DNA of 64,000 bases from Eubacteriales bacterium (GCA_045580305.1 JAZNNQ010000002.1:1787-65786), one strand, 5' to 3'; positions 16,206 through 25,544 are shown, counted from the first letter of the stretch. Notes: a model not told the origin generated them from the sequence alone. Numbers and translations: made by a program.

Positions 16206-18045
16206 TAAGATAGAAGATTTAATAATAGAATTTTACGATTTTTCAATTTGTAAATGTAAAGCAAGTGTTAAGGTTTGCGAATTAGATATTTTTATACCGG
16301 ACTTTGTTGTAATGAATGCTTCAAATACAGTGGAAGTATATATGCCCGCTGCCTATAAAACTACATGGCCGTTTAAAGAAATAACATGGCACGAGATTCG
16401 GCATGCAGTTCTTGACGAATTCAAACAAAAATATCAATCCTTTGGAAGTTTTAATGTTGAGTTTGAGGCTATTGATAACAATGTATATCTTGCCAAGGTG
16501 GATTATGATTTCTTAGATATACACTTGGATGGGTGCAAAGTCAAAGTAAAAAACAAGCGCCCGTTTATAAATATGCCTGAAAATTTTAAAAATATATGGC
16601 CTTATCATTCCATCGCATGGTTGGATGTTCGCAATGCAATGGTAGAACATTTTAAGAAGCAAAGGAAAACTCAAAAAGATGTATTAAATTATATACCAAT
16701 GGTAAGTGTTCACGATGTATCTAACGACGGAACGGCGTTGTTTGATATAGAAATACCGGAATTGCAATATGAGCTTACAGATGGGGCCATATACTATATA
16801 AGTAATGATAATATCAATATTAATTTGCCGAGCGACTTTCCTGTTAACCCGGAAAATGGATTGACTCGAAAAGGTGTATTAAAAACTATACGCGAAGAAT
16901 ATTTAAAGCAAATTAATGGTATTGATATAACACCCTATTCCAAATCCGAAACACAATGCGAACTCGAATCGAACAAAAACAAATTCGGGAGAATAATGGA
17001 TGCTGATGGTAGGCCGTTCATGTTTGTTCCAAACACAGAATTAAGACCGATCGGAAAAATTTTTGATACGAATAAATTTCAAACAGCAAAAAAACTCCTT
17101 AAAGCATTAAGTAGCAATGACATAGGCATATTCGAAATTGATACATTATCTATAATTGAGAAATTTCGATATGTTAATAGTAATATGATCATAGATTTAT
17201 TTGCCAGCGGATATATTTCTCGAGGTTGGAGGAATATTAATAAAAATAAACTTGCTGGTATCTTTGACCGATTAGCAAAACATAATCTTGTAAATATATG
17301 CAAATTTGTGCGTGTAGATGAATCTTATCGAAACAATGTTACCGGCGAAGAAATTTACCGCATATTTTCGTTAGCTGAGACTGGAAATCGACTATTAAGT
17401 GAACTTGGTAGGGTTCACCACTATAATCCTTTTGATGTTTACCAAAACGGTAATTTTGTAAAAGCAATTCTAGCTGCAAATCAGTGGCTCGTTTATTGGC
17501 TAAGTTCTTATCCGGAGGAAATTAAGGACAAATATGACACCGCTAAAGTTATCCATGCTTTAGGTGCAGAGAAGAGTGGAGCAAAGATTTACTCTATGAT
17601 TACTTGCAATGATATAACTTTAATTGGAGAACCGTTAAGAAGAACATACGAATTTGATGAGCCTCAAAATGCGATTGAAATACAAGAGAAACTTAAACGC
17701 CTGTTCTACCTCATAGACTTTAAAGGTGATATATATACAAATAGCGGGTATAAGCCGGTTGAATACAATCTTGGAAATGATTCAATAATTTGCTACATAT
17801 GCGAAGATGACGACCATATTAAGGAAATGTGGCATATTGTAAAGTCCATAATAATGGATAATCCAAGCAAAAAAGTCTGGTTTACAACGGATGCGCGCTT
17901 ATTCAACTACTCTTGTGAAAACGAACGCTTTTTTATGTTTGACAAAGATGATCAAATGAACAGAGTGGATCTGTTTAATGAAATGAAACTTGGTAAAGAA
18001 CGCGCATATGATTTCATAGATCAGACAAGCACCGAATCGTTTTAA
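16198..18045 (+). CDS. protein with three tandem SpoVG-like repeats and a replication-relaxation-like winged-helix C-terminal half
   Basis: ATG 16198 lies 7 nt after GGAGGA and overlaps the upstream stop by 8 nt. There are three modules of about 80 aa, each ending ..MP..W/P..I.W..VR.A.L.EF/YK.Q. The C-terminal half contains IIEKFRYVNSNMIIDLF..IFDRLAKHNLV..IYRIFSLAETG. Confidence 0.45.
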   Translation: MNNKIEDLIIEFYDFSICKCKASVKVCELDIFIPDFVVMNASNTVEVYMPAAYKTTWPFKEITWHEIRHAVLDEFKQKYQSFGSFNVEFEAIDNNVYLAKVDYDFLDIHLDGCKVKVKNKRPFINMPENFKNIWPYHSIAWLDVRNAMVEHFKKQRKTQKDVLNYIPMVSVHDVSNDGTALFDIEIPELQYELTDGAIYYISNDNININLPSDFPVNPENGLTRKGVLKTIREEYLKQINGIDITPYSKSETQCELESNKNKFGRIMDADGRPFMFVPNTELRPIGKIFDTNKFQTAKKLLKALSSNDIGIFEIDTLSIIEKFRYVNSNMIIDLFASGYISRGWRNINKNKLAGIFDRLAKHNLVNICKFVRVDESYRNNVTGEEIYRIFSLAETGNRLLSELGRVHHYNPFDVYQNGNFVKAILAANQWLVYWLSSYPEEIKDKYDTAKVIHALGAEKSGAKIYSMITCNDITLIGEPLRRTYEFDEPQNAIEIQEKLKRLFYLIDFKGDIYTNSGYKPVEYNLGNDSIICYICEDDDHIKEMWHIVKSIIMDNPSKKVWFTTDARLFNYSCENERFFMFDKDDQMNRVDLFNEMKLGKERAYDFIDQTSTESF

Positions 18046-18282
18046 TATACACAAGCGACTATTGGTTAGGGATTTTAAAGAAAACGAAAATGCTGACAGG
18101 AGTTGAATGAATTGAGATGCACGATAAATGTAATAAAATTGGCAGATTGCTGATGGCATCAATAATAACTGCGAAGAAAGAACGAAAAATCAGTGATCTT
18201 TAAATCATGTGCTGATTTTACAATGTATCCAATCTAAGATGAATTTGGGCAACTTTAAATTTGACCTGAAAGAAGGATTATC

Positions 18283-20718
18283 ATGCATGAAGAGGAAAGA
18301 ATAGATGAAAGACACAGATATTTTGCTTTTGTAGCTTATACTCGATATAAAAGAAAAGATTTCAAATATGCAGAAAAAATATACAAAGAGCTTCAAAAGC
18401 ATAGATTACCCGCAAAGATTGCAAAGAAATATCCTGAAAAGCATAAAAGAACGAAGCCTTTATTTTTAGATCATTTTGATATGCCACCCGAAAATTACAA
18501 TAGGATTGATCCGCTTGCGTTAAAAGAGTCAAAGAAATTAATAGTAGTATGCTCAACCAGACTGGTCGAACATGAAACTACTGCCGTAATTAAGGAAATT
18601 CAAGACTTCTTGGATTCGGGACACGACTGGGATGATATTATTCCGGTTTTAGTGGAAAAACCGAATAAAAAAGAAGACCGTGACGCGCGTGTGCAAAGGT
18701 GCTTTCCTAAAATATTAAGAGAGTTAAATGCGAAAAATAACGGAGAATATAATAAGATAGCAGTTGATTTCTTCAAACCTTCCGGAAAAAAGGATGTGGA
18801 GAGTGTCATATACAAGATGATTTCATACATTCAAGGAATCAACTTGACGGAACTCGAAAGATTTGAGCGTAAGAGAAAAAGAATGCGAATGATTTTTGGC
18901 TCACTTTTATGTGCCGTTCTTATCCTGCTTGGTGTGCTTTTAATGGGGTGGACAAGCGAAAAGATCAATATAAAAAACGGAATACAAGAGGCAATCAATG
19001 TGTCCGAAAATAACACATATAATGCCATAACAAGTCTATTTGATATTGAAAAGCGCCAAAATCGTTTTTTATTGAATAACGAAAGAGTTTATAGTGCTCT
19101 TGAAGCGGCTGCCGATTACAAAGCGGGACAATGTTTGAGAAAAAAGCAATTTTATTTTAACAATATTGAAAGCATCGAGGTTGTTAATAAAGTGGGCAAC
19201 CTTTTTGGCGTCAAGACAACAGATCGATATTATGTTATAGATGTAAATGATTGTGAAATAAAGTATGAAATATCTGCCAATAACTTTTGGTATGAGAAAG
19301 AAAATAAAAAATATCAGATGGTTCTGAATAACGACGCGACAGGAGATTATGAACTTCAAAAAGTATGGTGTGACAATGATAAGGTATACCTTTCCATCGC
19401 ACCCCCAAATGATTACAATGCTGAAAAACTTGAAGTAGTTGTAGATATAGCCGACAATAGTTCATACCGCGCAGACATTATATGGGGCGATCAATCTTAT
19501 GCCAAAAAAGATGATGGGATTCAAATGTTGGGAACGGTTGTGTCAGTTCCTGATAAAGATGGAAATTTCACATCGCTGGTGCATGAATCTAATGTTGGCA
19601 CTTATGCGGTAAGGGCTGATTTGAATGTAATATGGTCTATGGATAAAACGGGTTGTGTGTATATTTGGTCAATGAGGAATGGATATTCTTTGGCCGATAA
19701 AATGTATGATAAGAACAATAGATATGTGTGGGCAACATCTACCGATGGATTATTGTTCAGAATCGATTTGGAAAGCGGCGAATTAACGAAGATAATAAAA
19801 AATAAAGAAATTTCTTTTATTGGACAAGATGATACGCAGATTTTTGTGGCAATAAAGAACGAAAATCTGGAATATCCGGCTATTTGCATGTGTGACAAAA
19901 AAACCGGTGTTGTAAAGCAAATAAACCGTCTCCCTGAAATAAATGAAAAAAATAAACATCTTATGACACCGCAATCAAATTCCCTGGTTGGAAGGGAATG
20001 TGTAATTGTAGCCCGAAGCCTTATCGATCACATTAATGGAAATCATCTGTCGGAGGCCTTGTTTGACAAGAACAATGCAATTAAATTTATGGATGTTCTT
20101 GAGGAAAATACTCTCGCTGATATTGAGGTATATTTCGATATGCAAAGCTCAGATGCATTTAATTCGATGAAAACCACTATCATATCAAACAGACAAACAG
20201 TGTTAATGCCAAGAATACACACCTTCAACGGTATGCTCACAGAGGAGCTATATAAAATCAATGATGGTGAATGGCGACCGATATATACAGATAGCGGTAT
20301 TTTAACTGGTATTGATATTCCGAAGGATTTAGATTTTGATAAAGAACATATTTTGCATATAAAAGCGGTTGATGGAAGTAAAAATGAAACGACCAAGTCG
20401 TTTAGATTTACTATGGAAAACCGGGAAGTTCAGTGGCGGATTGAAAGCGGCGGAAGACAACTTGCTTCCAAAGAAGTTACTGAGATAGAAACTCAGGATA
20501 TTGTAATTGAGTGTAAAGAAAATGCGGCCAATTCCGTAAAAGAAATTACATATGCTTTTGATAACGATCCGGAAGTATTTTGTGTGCAAGGCGAACGGGC
20601 AGAGATCAAAATACCTAAAAAATATCTCGATGGAAATGAACATAAGATATTGATATATTTTGTTTCTGAAAAGGTTACAACGAAGTATTATGTATATTCA
20701 TTTAAGTATGTAAAATGA
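18283..20718 (+). CDS. TIR-TM-extracytoplasmic beta-propeller/Ig-like protein
   Basis: 811 aa. TIR-like YFAFVAYTR..KPLFLD..KKLIVVCS..VIKEIQDF..IIPVLVEKP. KRKRMR plus TM IFGSLLCAVLILLGVLLMGW at aa ~203-223. WD-like strands and a beta-rich C-terminus. Confidence 0.65.
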   Translation: MHEEERIDERHRYFAFVAYTRYKRKDFKYAEKIYKELQKHRLPAKIAKKYPEKHKRTKPLFLDHFDMPPENYNRIDPLALKESKKLIVVCSTRLVEHETTAVIKEIQDFLDSGHDWDDIIPVLVEKPNKKEDRDARVQRCFPKILRELNAKNNGEYNKIAVDFFKPSGKKDVESVIYKMISYIQGINLTELERFERKRKRMRMIFGSLLCAVLILLGVLLMGWTSEKINIKNGIQEAINVSENNTYNAITSLFDIEKRQNRFLLNNERVYSALEAAADYKAGQCLRKKQFYFNNIESIEVVNKVGNLFGVKTTDRYYVIDVNDCEIKYEISANNFWYEKENKKYQMVLNNDATGDYELQKVWCDNDKVYLSIAPPNDYNAEKLEVVVDIADNSSYRADIIWGDQSYAKKDDGIQMLGTVVSVPDKDGNFTSLVHESNVGTYAVRADLNVIWSMDKTGCVYIWSMRNGYSLADKMYDKNNRYVWATSTDGLLFRIDLESGELTKIIKNKEISFIGQDDTQIFVAIKNENLEYPAICMCDKKTGVVKQINRLPEINEKNKHLMTPQSNSLVGRECVIVARSLIDHINGNHLSEALFDKNNAIKFMDVLEENTLADIEVYFDMQSSDAFNSMKTTIISNRQTVLMPRIHTFNGMLTEELYKINDGEWRPIYTDSGILTGIDIPKDLDFDKEHILHIKAVDGSKNETTKSFRFTMENREVQWRIESGGRQLASKEVTEIETQDIVIECKENAANSVKEITYAFDNDPEVFCVQGERAEIKIPKKYLDGNEHKILIYFVSEKVTTKYYVYSFKYVK

Positions 20719-20802
20719 TGAGCATATTAACCTAAAGGTGCGCTTGCGGGGCGTATGACTTGATTCTGCCGCAAGGAACACAAATTTTTTGGAGTGAAAG
20801 CA

Positions 20803-23226
20803 ATGAGTGAGCAATACACACACGACATATTTATAAGTTTCAGCTTTGCCGATCAGCAGGTGGCTGAGGAGATTGTCAACATACTGAACACCAAATACGG
20901 TTTTTCCTGCTGGATATGTACCCGTGACATTGACGGCGGCCGACGCTACAAGGCACTTATTCCCGATGCAATTGACGGCGCCCGCGCAGTGGTGTTCATT
21001 CAGAGTGAGAAGGCGCTGGCCTCCCGTGAGATACCCAAGGAAATCGGTATGGCATTTGACGCTGATAAGGTCATCATTCCCTTTAAACTTGACCAGGCGC
21101 AGCCTCAGGGTGACTTGCGCTACGATCTGTATGGTGTTGAGTACATAGATGCTACCGTTCCCACCAAGGAGCAGAGGATATACGAGCTGGCAAAGGCGGT
21201 CTCAAAAGCGATAGCGAAGCCTCTGCCCGATGATGCCGCGCCCTTGACGGGTGAACGGATTATTTCCACCCCGTCAGTTATTCCGAAGAATGTATTTTGT
21301 GGCAGAGAGTGTGTGCTGCAGACGCTTTGTGATAAGTTCGCCGAGGGTGAACGGGTGGTTTTCCTGCAGGGCATCGGAGGTATCGGAAAGACCGAGATTG
21401 CAAAGCAATACGCTAAAAGAAACAGAACAAAATATGATACAATCGTCTATGCCACCTACGGCGGAAGCATTGAAGATATTATAAATGGTGATGAGCCGTT
21501 TACACTTGAACCGGAACTGCCGCGGCTTCTTATGTCCGACGGAACCCGGGAGGATGACCGGGCATATTTTGCGAGAAAACTACGCAAGATACAGCAGATT
21601 ACCGATGAGAAAACCCTTATTATCATCGATAATTTTGACACAAAGAATGACCCGGCATTGACCGAACTTTTACAAGGCAGGTACCACCTGCTTATCACCA
21701 CCAGATGCGACTATGCCCGAATGTATCCCACTATTAAGGTCGGCCCCATTGATTCTATGGACAACCTGCTTGATGTGTTTATGGAAAATTACCGTGGCTT
21801 TGAGGTAGAGCGTGAGGATGAGGCGCTTAACGAGCTTATAGAGCTTGTAAACCGCCACACCTACACCATAGAGCTTCTGGCACAGCATATGGAAAACAGC
21901 GGCCAGACCGCAGAGGAGATGCTGGCCGCACTCAAAAAAGAGGGCATAATGTCCCTCAATGAAGAGGTTGGCTCTGCGGGCAATAAAACCCGCGTAGCAT
22001 ACGAAAACCTTATAAAAATGTTCAAGGTCTTTTCTCTGACTGATGAGGAGCAGCGTATATTGCGCTTGCTGTCCCTGATGCCGCTCGGCGGTGTGAATGT
22101 GCGGGACTTTAAGTTCTGGGCGAACCTTTCATCACTTAAAATATTAAACGATCTTGATTGCCGCGGCTGGATAATGCGAAATACCGGCGGTATCGCATTG
22201 CATCCTATTGTACGCGATGTTGTGCGTCACGAGCTGCCGGTAACCGAGGAAAATACGGGTGAGTTTTTACAACAATTCACCGAAACCATAGCAGAGAGCA
22301 AGACATGGCGCTACCCGATGGCGCAAAAAGAGGTCTATGCCGCAATTGCAGCGGAACTGCTGGATGTGTTCGACACCATCAATGAGGACACGCTGTCATT
22401 ATACCAGAAGGCGGAAACGCTGTTCAGCTTCTCGGTGCGTCCCGAGGCGGCGGTGGAGCTTGCTGCGCGTCTGTATGAGTATAATTGTGCTGCCGTCGGC
22501 AAGGAGAGCTTCCGTGCGGGTTATGCTGCTTTCAAGGCCGGTTGGGCGTATAAATTCAACCTCTGTCTTGAAAATGCGCTGGAAAACGCGGAAAAATGGC
22601 TTACTCTGGGCGGCGAGATTATGGGCGGACTTAAGCTCGATACATCCTTTGAAAATGCGACATACGGCCAGCTTTTGGGCAATCTTTCCCGCGTGTGCAT
22701 CCTGCTGTCCGAGGAGAAGTACGATAAGGAAAGACTGCTTTTGGCAAAGGCATATGCCGGTGACTCGGTTGATGTAAGTGAAGAGTGGCTTTTTCCGGGC
22801 GACCCACAGTATCCCAAAGTGGCAGGCGCGTATATGCAGATGGCAGATGCCTGCATCGCCCTTGAGGAATATGATCGCGCTAAGGAGTTGATTGATGCAT
22901 CCTACGACATCCTGTTTGCCCTTTTTGGCGACAATGATCCCGACACACTCCACGCGCTGGCGCGAAAGGCGACTATTCTATACCATACAGGCAAATATGA
23001 GGACGCTATCGCTACCGCATCACGGAGTATGGAAGGCTACGGCCATTTTTATGGCGAGCTTCACGGTGAGCGATATGAACAGCTTATCATTCTTTTGAAA
23101 TCCCACCTTGCTATGGGAAACACCGAAAAAGTGAAAGAACTGAAGGCGTATGCGCTGGAAATCGGCGGAAAGATATTTGCCGAAAATTCCGAACAGTTGC
23201 GGTACTTAAATGAATTAAAGGACTGA
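20803..23226 (+). CDS. TIR-NB-ARC(STAND)-TPR protein
   Basis: ATG 20803. TIR signature HDIFISFSFADQ..REIPKEIGMA. P-loop VVFLQGIGGIGKTEIAKQYA and Walker B LIIIDNFD. C-terminal TPR-like helical repeats. GC matches the flanking chromosome. Confidence 0.8.
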   Translation: MSEQYTHDIFISFSFADQQVAEEIVNILNTKYGFSCWICTRDIDGGRRYKALIPDAIDGARAVVFIQSEKALASREIPKEIGMAFDADKVIIPFKLDQAQPQGDLRYDLYGVEYIDATVPTKEQRIYELAKAVSKAIAKPLPDDAAPLTGERIISTPSVIPKNVFCGRECVLQTLCDKFAEGERVVFLQGIGGIGKTEIAKQYAKRNRTKYDTIVYATYGGSIEDIINGDEPFTLEPELPRLLMSDGTREDDRAYFARKLRKIQQITDEKTLIIIDNFDTKNDPALTELLQGRYHLLITTRCDYARMYPTIKVGPIDSMDNLLDVFMENYRGFEVEREDEALNELIELVNRHTYTIELLAQHMENSGQTAEEMLAALKKEGIMSLNEEVGSAGNKTRVAYENLIKMFKVFSLTDEEQRILRLLSLMPLGGVNVRDFKFWANLSSLKILNDLDCRGWIMRNTGGIALHPIVRDVVRHELPVTEENTGEFLQQFTETIAESKTWRYPMAQKEVYAAIAAELLDVFDTINEDTLSLYQKAETLFSFSVRPEAAVELAARLYEYNCAAVGKESFRAGYAAFKAGWAYKFNLCLENALENAEKWLTLGGEIMGGLKLDTSFENATYGQLLGNLSRVCILLSEEKYDKERLLLAKAYAGDSVDVSEEWLFPGDPQYPKVAGAYMQMADACIALEEYDRAKELIDASYDILFALFGDNDPDTLHALARKATILYHTGKYEDAIATASRSMEGYGHFYGELHGERYEQLIILLKSHLAMGNTEKVKELKAYALEIGGKIFAENSEQLRYLNELKD

Positions 23227-23231
23227 TTTTT

Positions 23232-24908
23232 ATGAAAAGATTACTTTGCGGCGGTAAGGTTGTAAATGTCTTCACCGGTGAGATAGAGTGCAAGAACATT
23301 CTTATTGACGGTGAGAAAATCATCGGCGTTGGCGACTATACTCCCGATGAGGCGGACACCGTTGAGGACATAACGGATAAATATGTTTGCCCGGGCTTTA
23401 TCGACGGCCATATACATATCGAGAGCACTATGCTCACACCGGCGGAGCTTGCGAAAATCTGCCTGCCCCACGGCACCACCGCCATCGTTGCGGATCCTCA
23501 CGAGATCGCCAATGTCTGCGGTACAAAGGGCATTGAATATATGCTCTCGGCGAGCGAAGGCCTTCCCATGAATGTGTTTTTCACACTTCCTTCCTGCGTG
23601 CCTGCCACCGCCTTTGACGAGTCGGCCACAGTGCTGAAAGCCGCTGATATCAAGGACTTTTATGATAATCCCCGCATTGTGGGACTGGCTGAAATGATGA
23701 ACTACCCGGGCGTAATACATAATGACCCCGAGGTTATGAAAAAGATAGAGGATGCAAAGGCTTCCGGCAAGGTACTCGACGGCCATGCACCACTTCTCAC
23801 CGGCAAGGATCTGGACAAATACATCTCTGCCGGCATTATGAGCGATCACGAATGCTCAAGCTTCGAGGAGGCATCCGAGCGTATTGCCAAGGGTCAGCAT
23901 ATTATGATCCGTCAGGGCACTGCGGCGCGGAATTTAATTGACCTTCTGCCGTTGTTTGAAGCGCCTTATAATACAAGGTGTATGCTGGTAACCGATGACC
24001 GCCACCCGGAGGATTTGATGGGTGAGGGTCATATCGACAATATTATCCGCCTGGCGGTGAAAAACGGCAAATCCGCAGTCACCGCAATCCAGATGGCGAC
24101 CATTCGCCCGGCGGAATACTTCGGGCTGAAGGGCCTTGGTGCTATCGCACCGGGATACAGAGCGGATTTTCTCATCTTAAACGACCTTGAAACCCTTGAG
24201 ATTACAGATGTCTACACACGGGGCGAAAAAGTGGTCGAGAATAAGATCGTCCGCCCCTTTAGCGCACCCATTGTTCCGGAAAAACTCAATGCGCGTGTGT
24301 ACAATTCCTTTAATGTGGGAACACTTTCCCCCGAGGATTTCAAAATAGAGGCAAAAGGTGAGAAGTGCCGCGTTATCGAGATACTTCCCGGCCAGCTTAT
24401 TACAAAGGAGTGCATCTGCGCGATAAACGGCGTTGATACCGAGCGGGATATATTAAAGCTCGCGGTAATCGAGCGGCATAACAATACCGGCCATATGGGC
24501 CTTGGCTATATAAAGGGCATTGGTATGAAAGCGGGCGCAATTGCATCATCCGTGTCCCACGATTCGCACAATATAATCGTAATCGGCACAAATGACGAGG
24601 ATATGGCGTGCGCTGCAAACCATATCCGTGAGTGCGGCGGAAATGTAGTGGTTAAAAACGGCGAAATCCTGGCTGAGATGCCCCTGCCCGTAGCGGGCCT
24701 TATGTCGGATAAGGATGGCGAAACAGTAGCGGCGGAGAACAGAAAAGTTCACGAAATGGTACATAAATTAGGCGTCAAGGAAAACATCGCGCCCTTTATG
24801 AATATGGCGTTTGTAAGCCTGTCGGTAATTCCCGACCTTAAAATGACAACTCAGGGTCTGGTGGATGTAAACCGCTGGGAGCGGGTTTCGTTATATATCG
24901 AAGATTAA
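23232..24908 (+). CDS. ade: adenine deaminase
   Basis: 558 aa. GFIDGHIHIESTM metal-binding motif and overall Ade-like layout. Only 5 nt after the TIR-NB-ARC stop. Confidence 0.85.
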   Translation: MKRLLCGGKVVNVFTGEIECKNILIDGEKIIGVGDYTPDEADTVEDITDKYVCPGFIDGHIHIESTMLTPAELAKICLPHGTTAIVADPHEIANVCGTKGIEYMLSASEGLPMNVFFTLPSCVPATAFDESATVLKAADIKDFYDNPRIVGLAEMMNYPGVIHNDPEVMKKIEDAKASGKVLDGHAPLLTGKDLDKYISAGIMSDHECSSFEEASERIAKGQHIMIRQGTAARNLIDLLPLFEAPYNTRCMLVTDDRHPEDLMGEGHIDNIIRLAVKNGKSAVTAIQMATIRPAEYFGLKGLGAIAPGYRADFLILNDLETLEITDVYTRGEKVVENKIVRPFSAPIVPEKLNARVYNSFNVGTLSPEDFKIEAKGEKCRVIEILPGQLITKECICAINGVDTERDILKLAVIERHNNTGHMGLGYIKGIGMKAGAIASSVSHDSHNIIVIGTNDEDMACAANHIRECGGNVVVKNGEILAEMPLPVAGLMSDKDGETVAAENRKVHEMVHKLGVKENIAPFMNMAFVSLSVIPDLKMTTQGLVDVNRWERVSLYIED

Positions 24909-24941
24909 AGAATATAATAGTGTAAGAAAGGAGTAAAAGTA

Positions 24942-25523
24942 ATGAGAATATGTGTATACGGTGCGGCATCGCCCACAATTGATGAGGAATATAAAACAAA
25001 GGTAGAGGAGCTCGGCAGGATTATGGTTGAGCGCGGCCATTCGCTGGTATTTGGCGGCGGCGGTAACGGCCTTATGGGCGCGGTTGCTCGTGGTGTCAAG
25101 GCGGCAGGCGGCGATATTCTCGGCATTATTCCCAAGTTTTTCGGCGATGAGGCGGTGGAGGAGATCTGCGGCTTCTGTAACCGACTTATCGAGCCGGACA
25201 GTATGCGCGAGCGCAAGATGATTATGGAATACAGCGCGGACGCCTTCATCGTAACCCCCGGCGGCATCGGCACCTTTGAGGAGTTTTTTGAGATACTTAC
25301 ATTAAAGCAGCTTTGCCGTCATAACAAGCCAATTGCGGTGTATAACATAAAGGGCTATTATGACGATATCCAAAATGTAATGGGTAACGCTATTGAAAAG
25401 AAATTTGTCAAGGAAAACTGCCTGGATTTATACAAGGTAACAGATAATCTTGATGAGCTTTTCGAGTATCTTGAGACCCCGGTGACAGAGACCCGCAATG
25501 TAAAGGAATTAAAAGACGGCTAA
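24942..25523 (+). CDS. LOG-family protein (nucleotide 5'-monophosphate phosphoribohydrolase, TIGR00730-type)
   Basis: 193 aa. Carries FGGGGNGLMGAV and the PGGIGTFEEFFE signature. Confidence 0.85.
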   Translation: MRICVYGAASPTIDEEYKTKVEELGRIMVERGHSLVFGGGGNGLMGAVARGVKAAGGDILGIIPKFFGDEAVEEICGFCNRLIEPDSMRERKMIMEYSADAFIVTPGGIGTFEEFFEILTLKQLCRHNKPIAVYNIKGYYDDIQNVMGNAIEKKFVKENCLDLYKVTDNLDELFEYLETPVTETRNVKELKDG

Positions 25524-25544
25524 AATTACGGCGCCTTCATTTAG

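Noticed and set aside
7930-20790. Searched the A+T-rich block and its edges for an integrase, transposase, tRNA target or terminal repeats, to call it a defined mobile element.
   Set aside because: None was recognisable in any frame, so it is reported only as a compositional island and not as a mobile_element feature.
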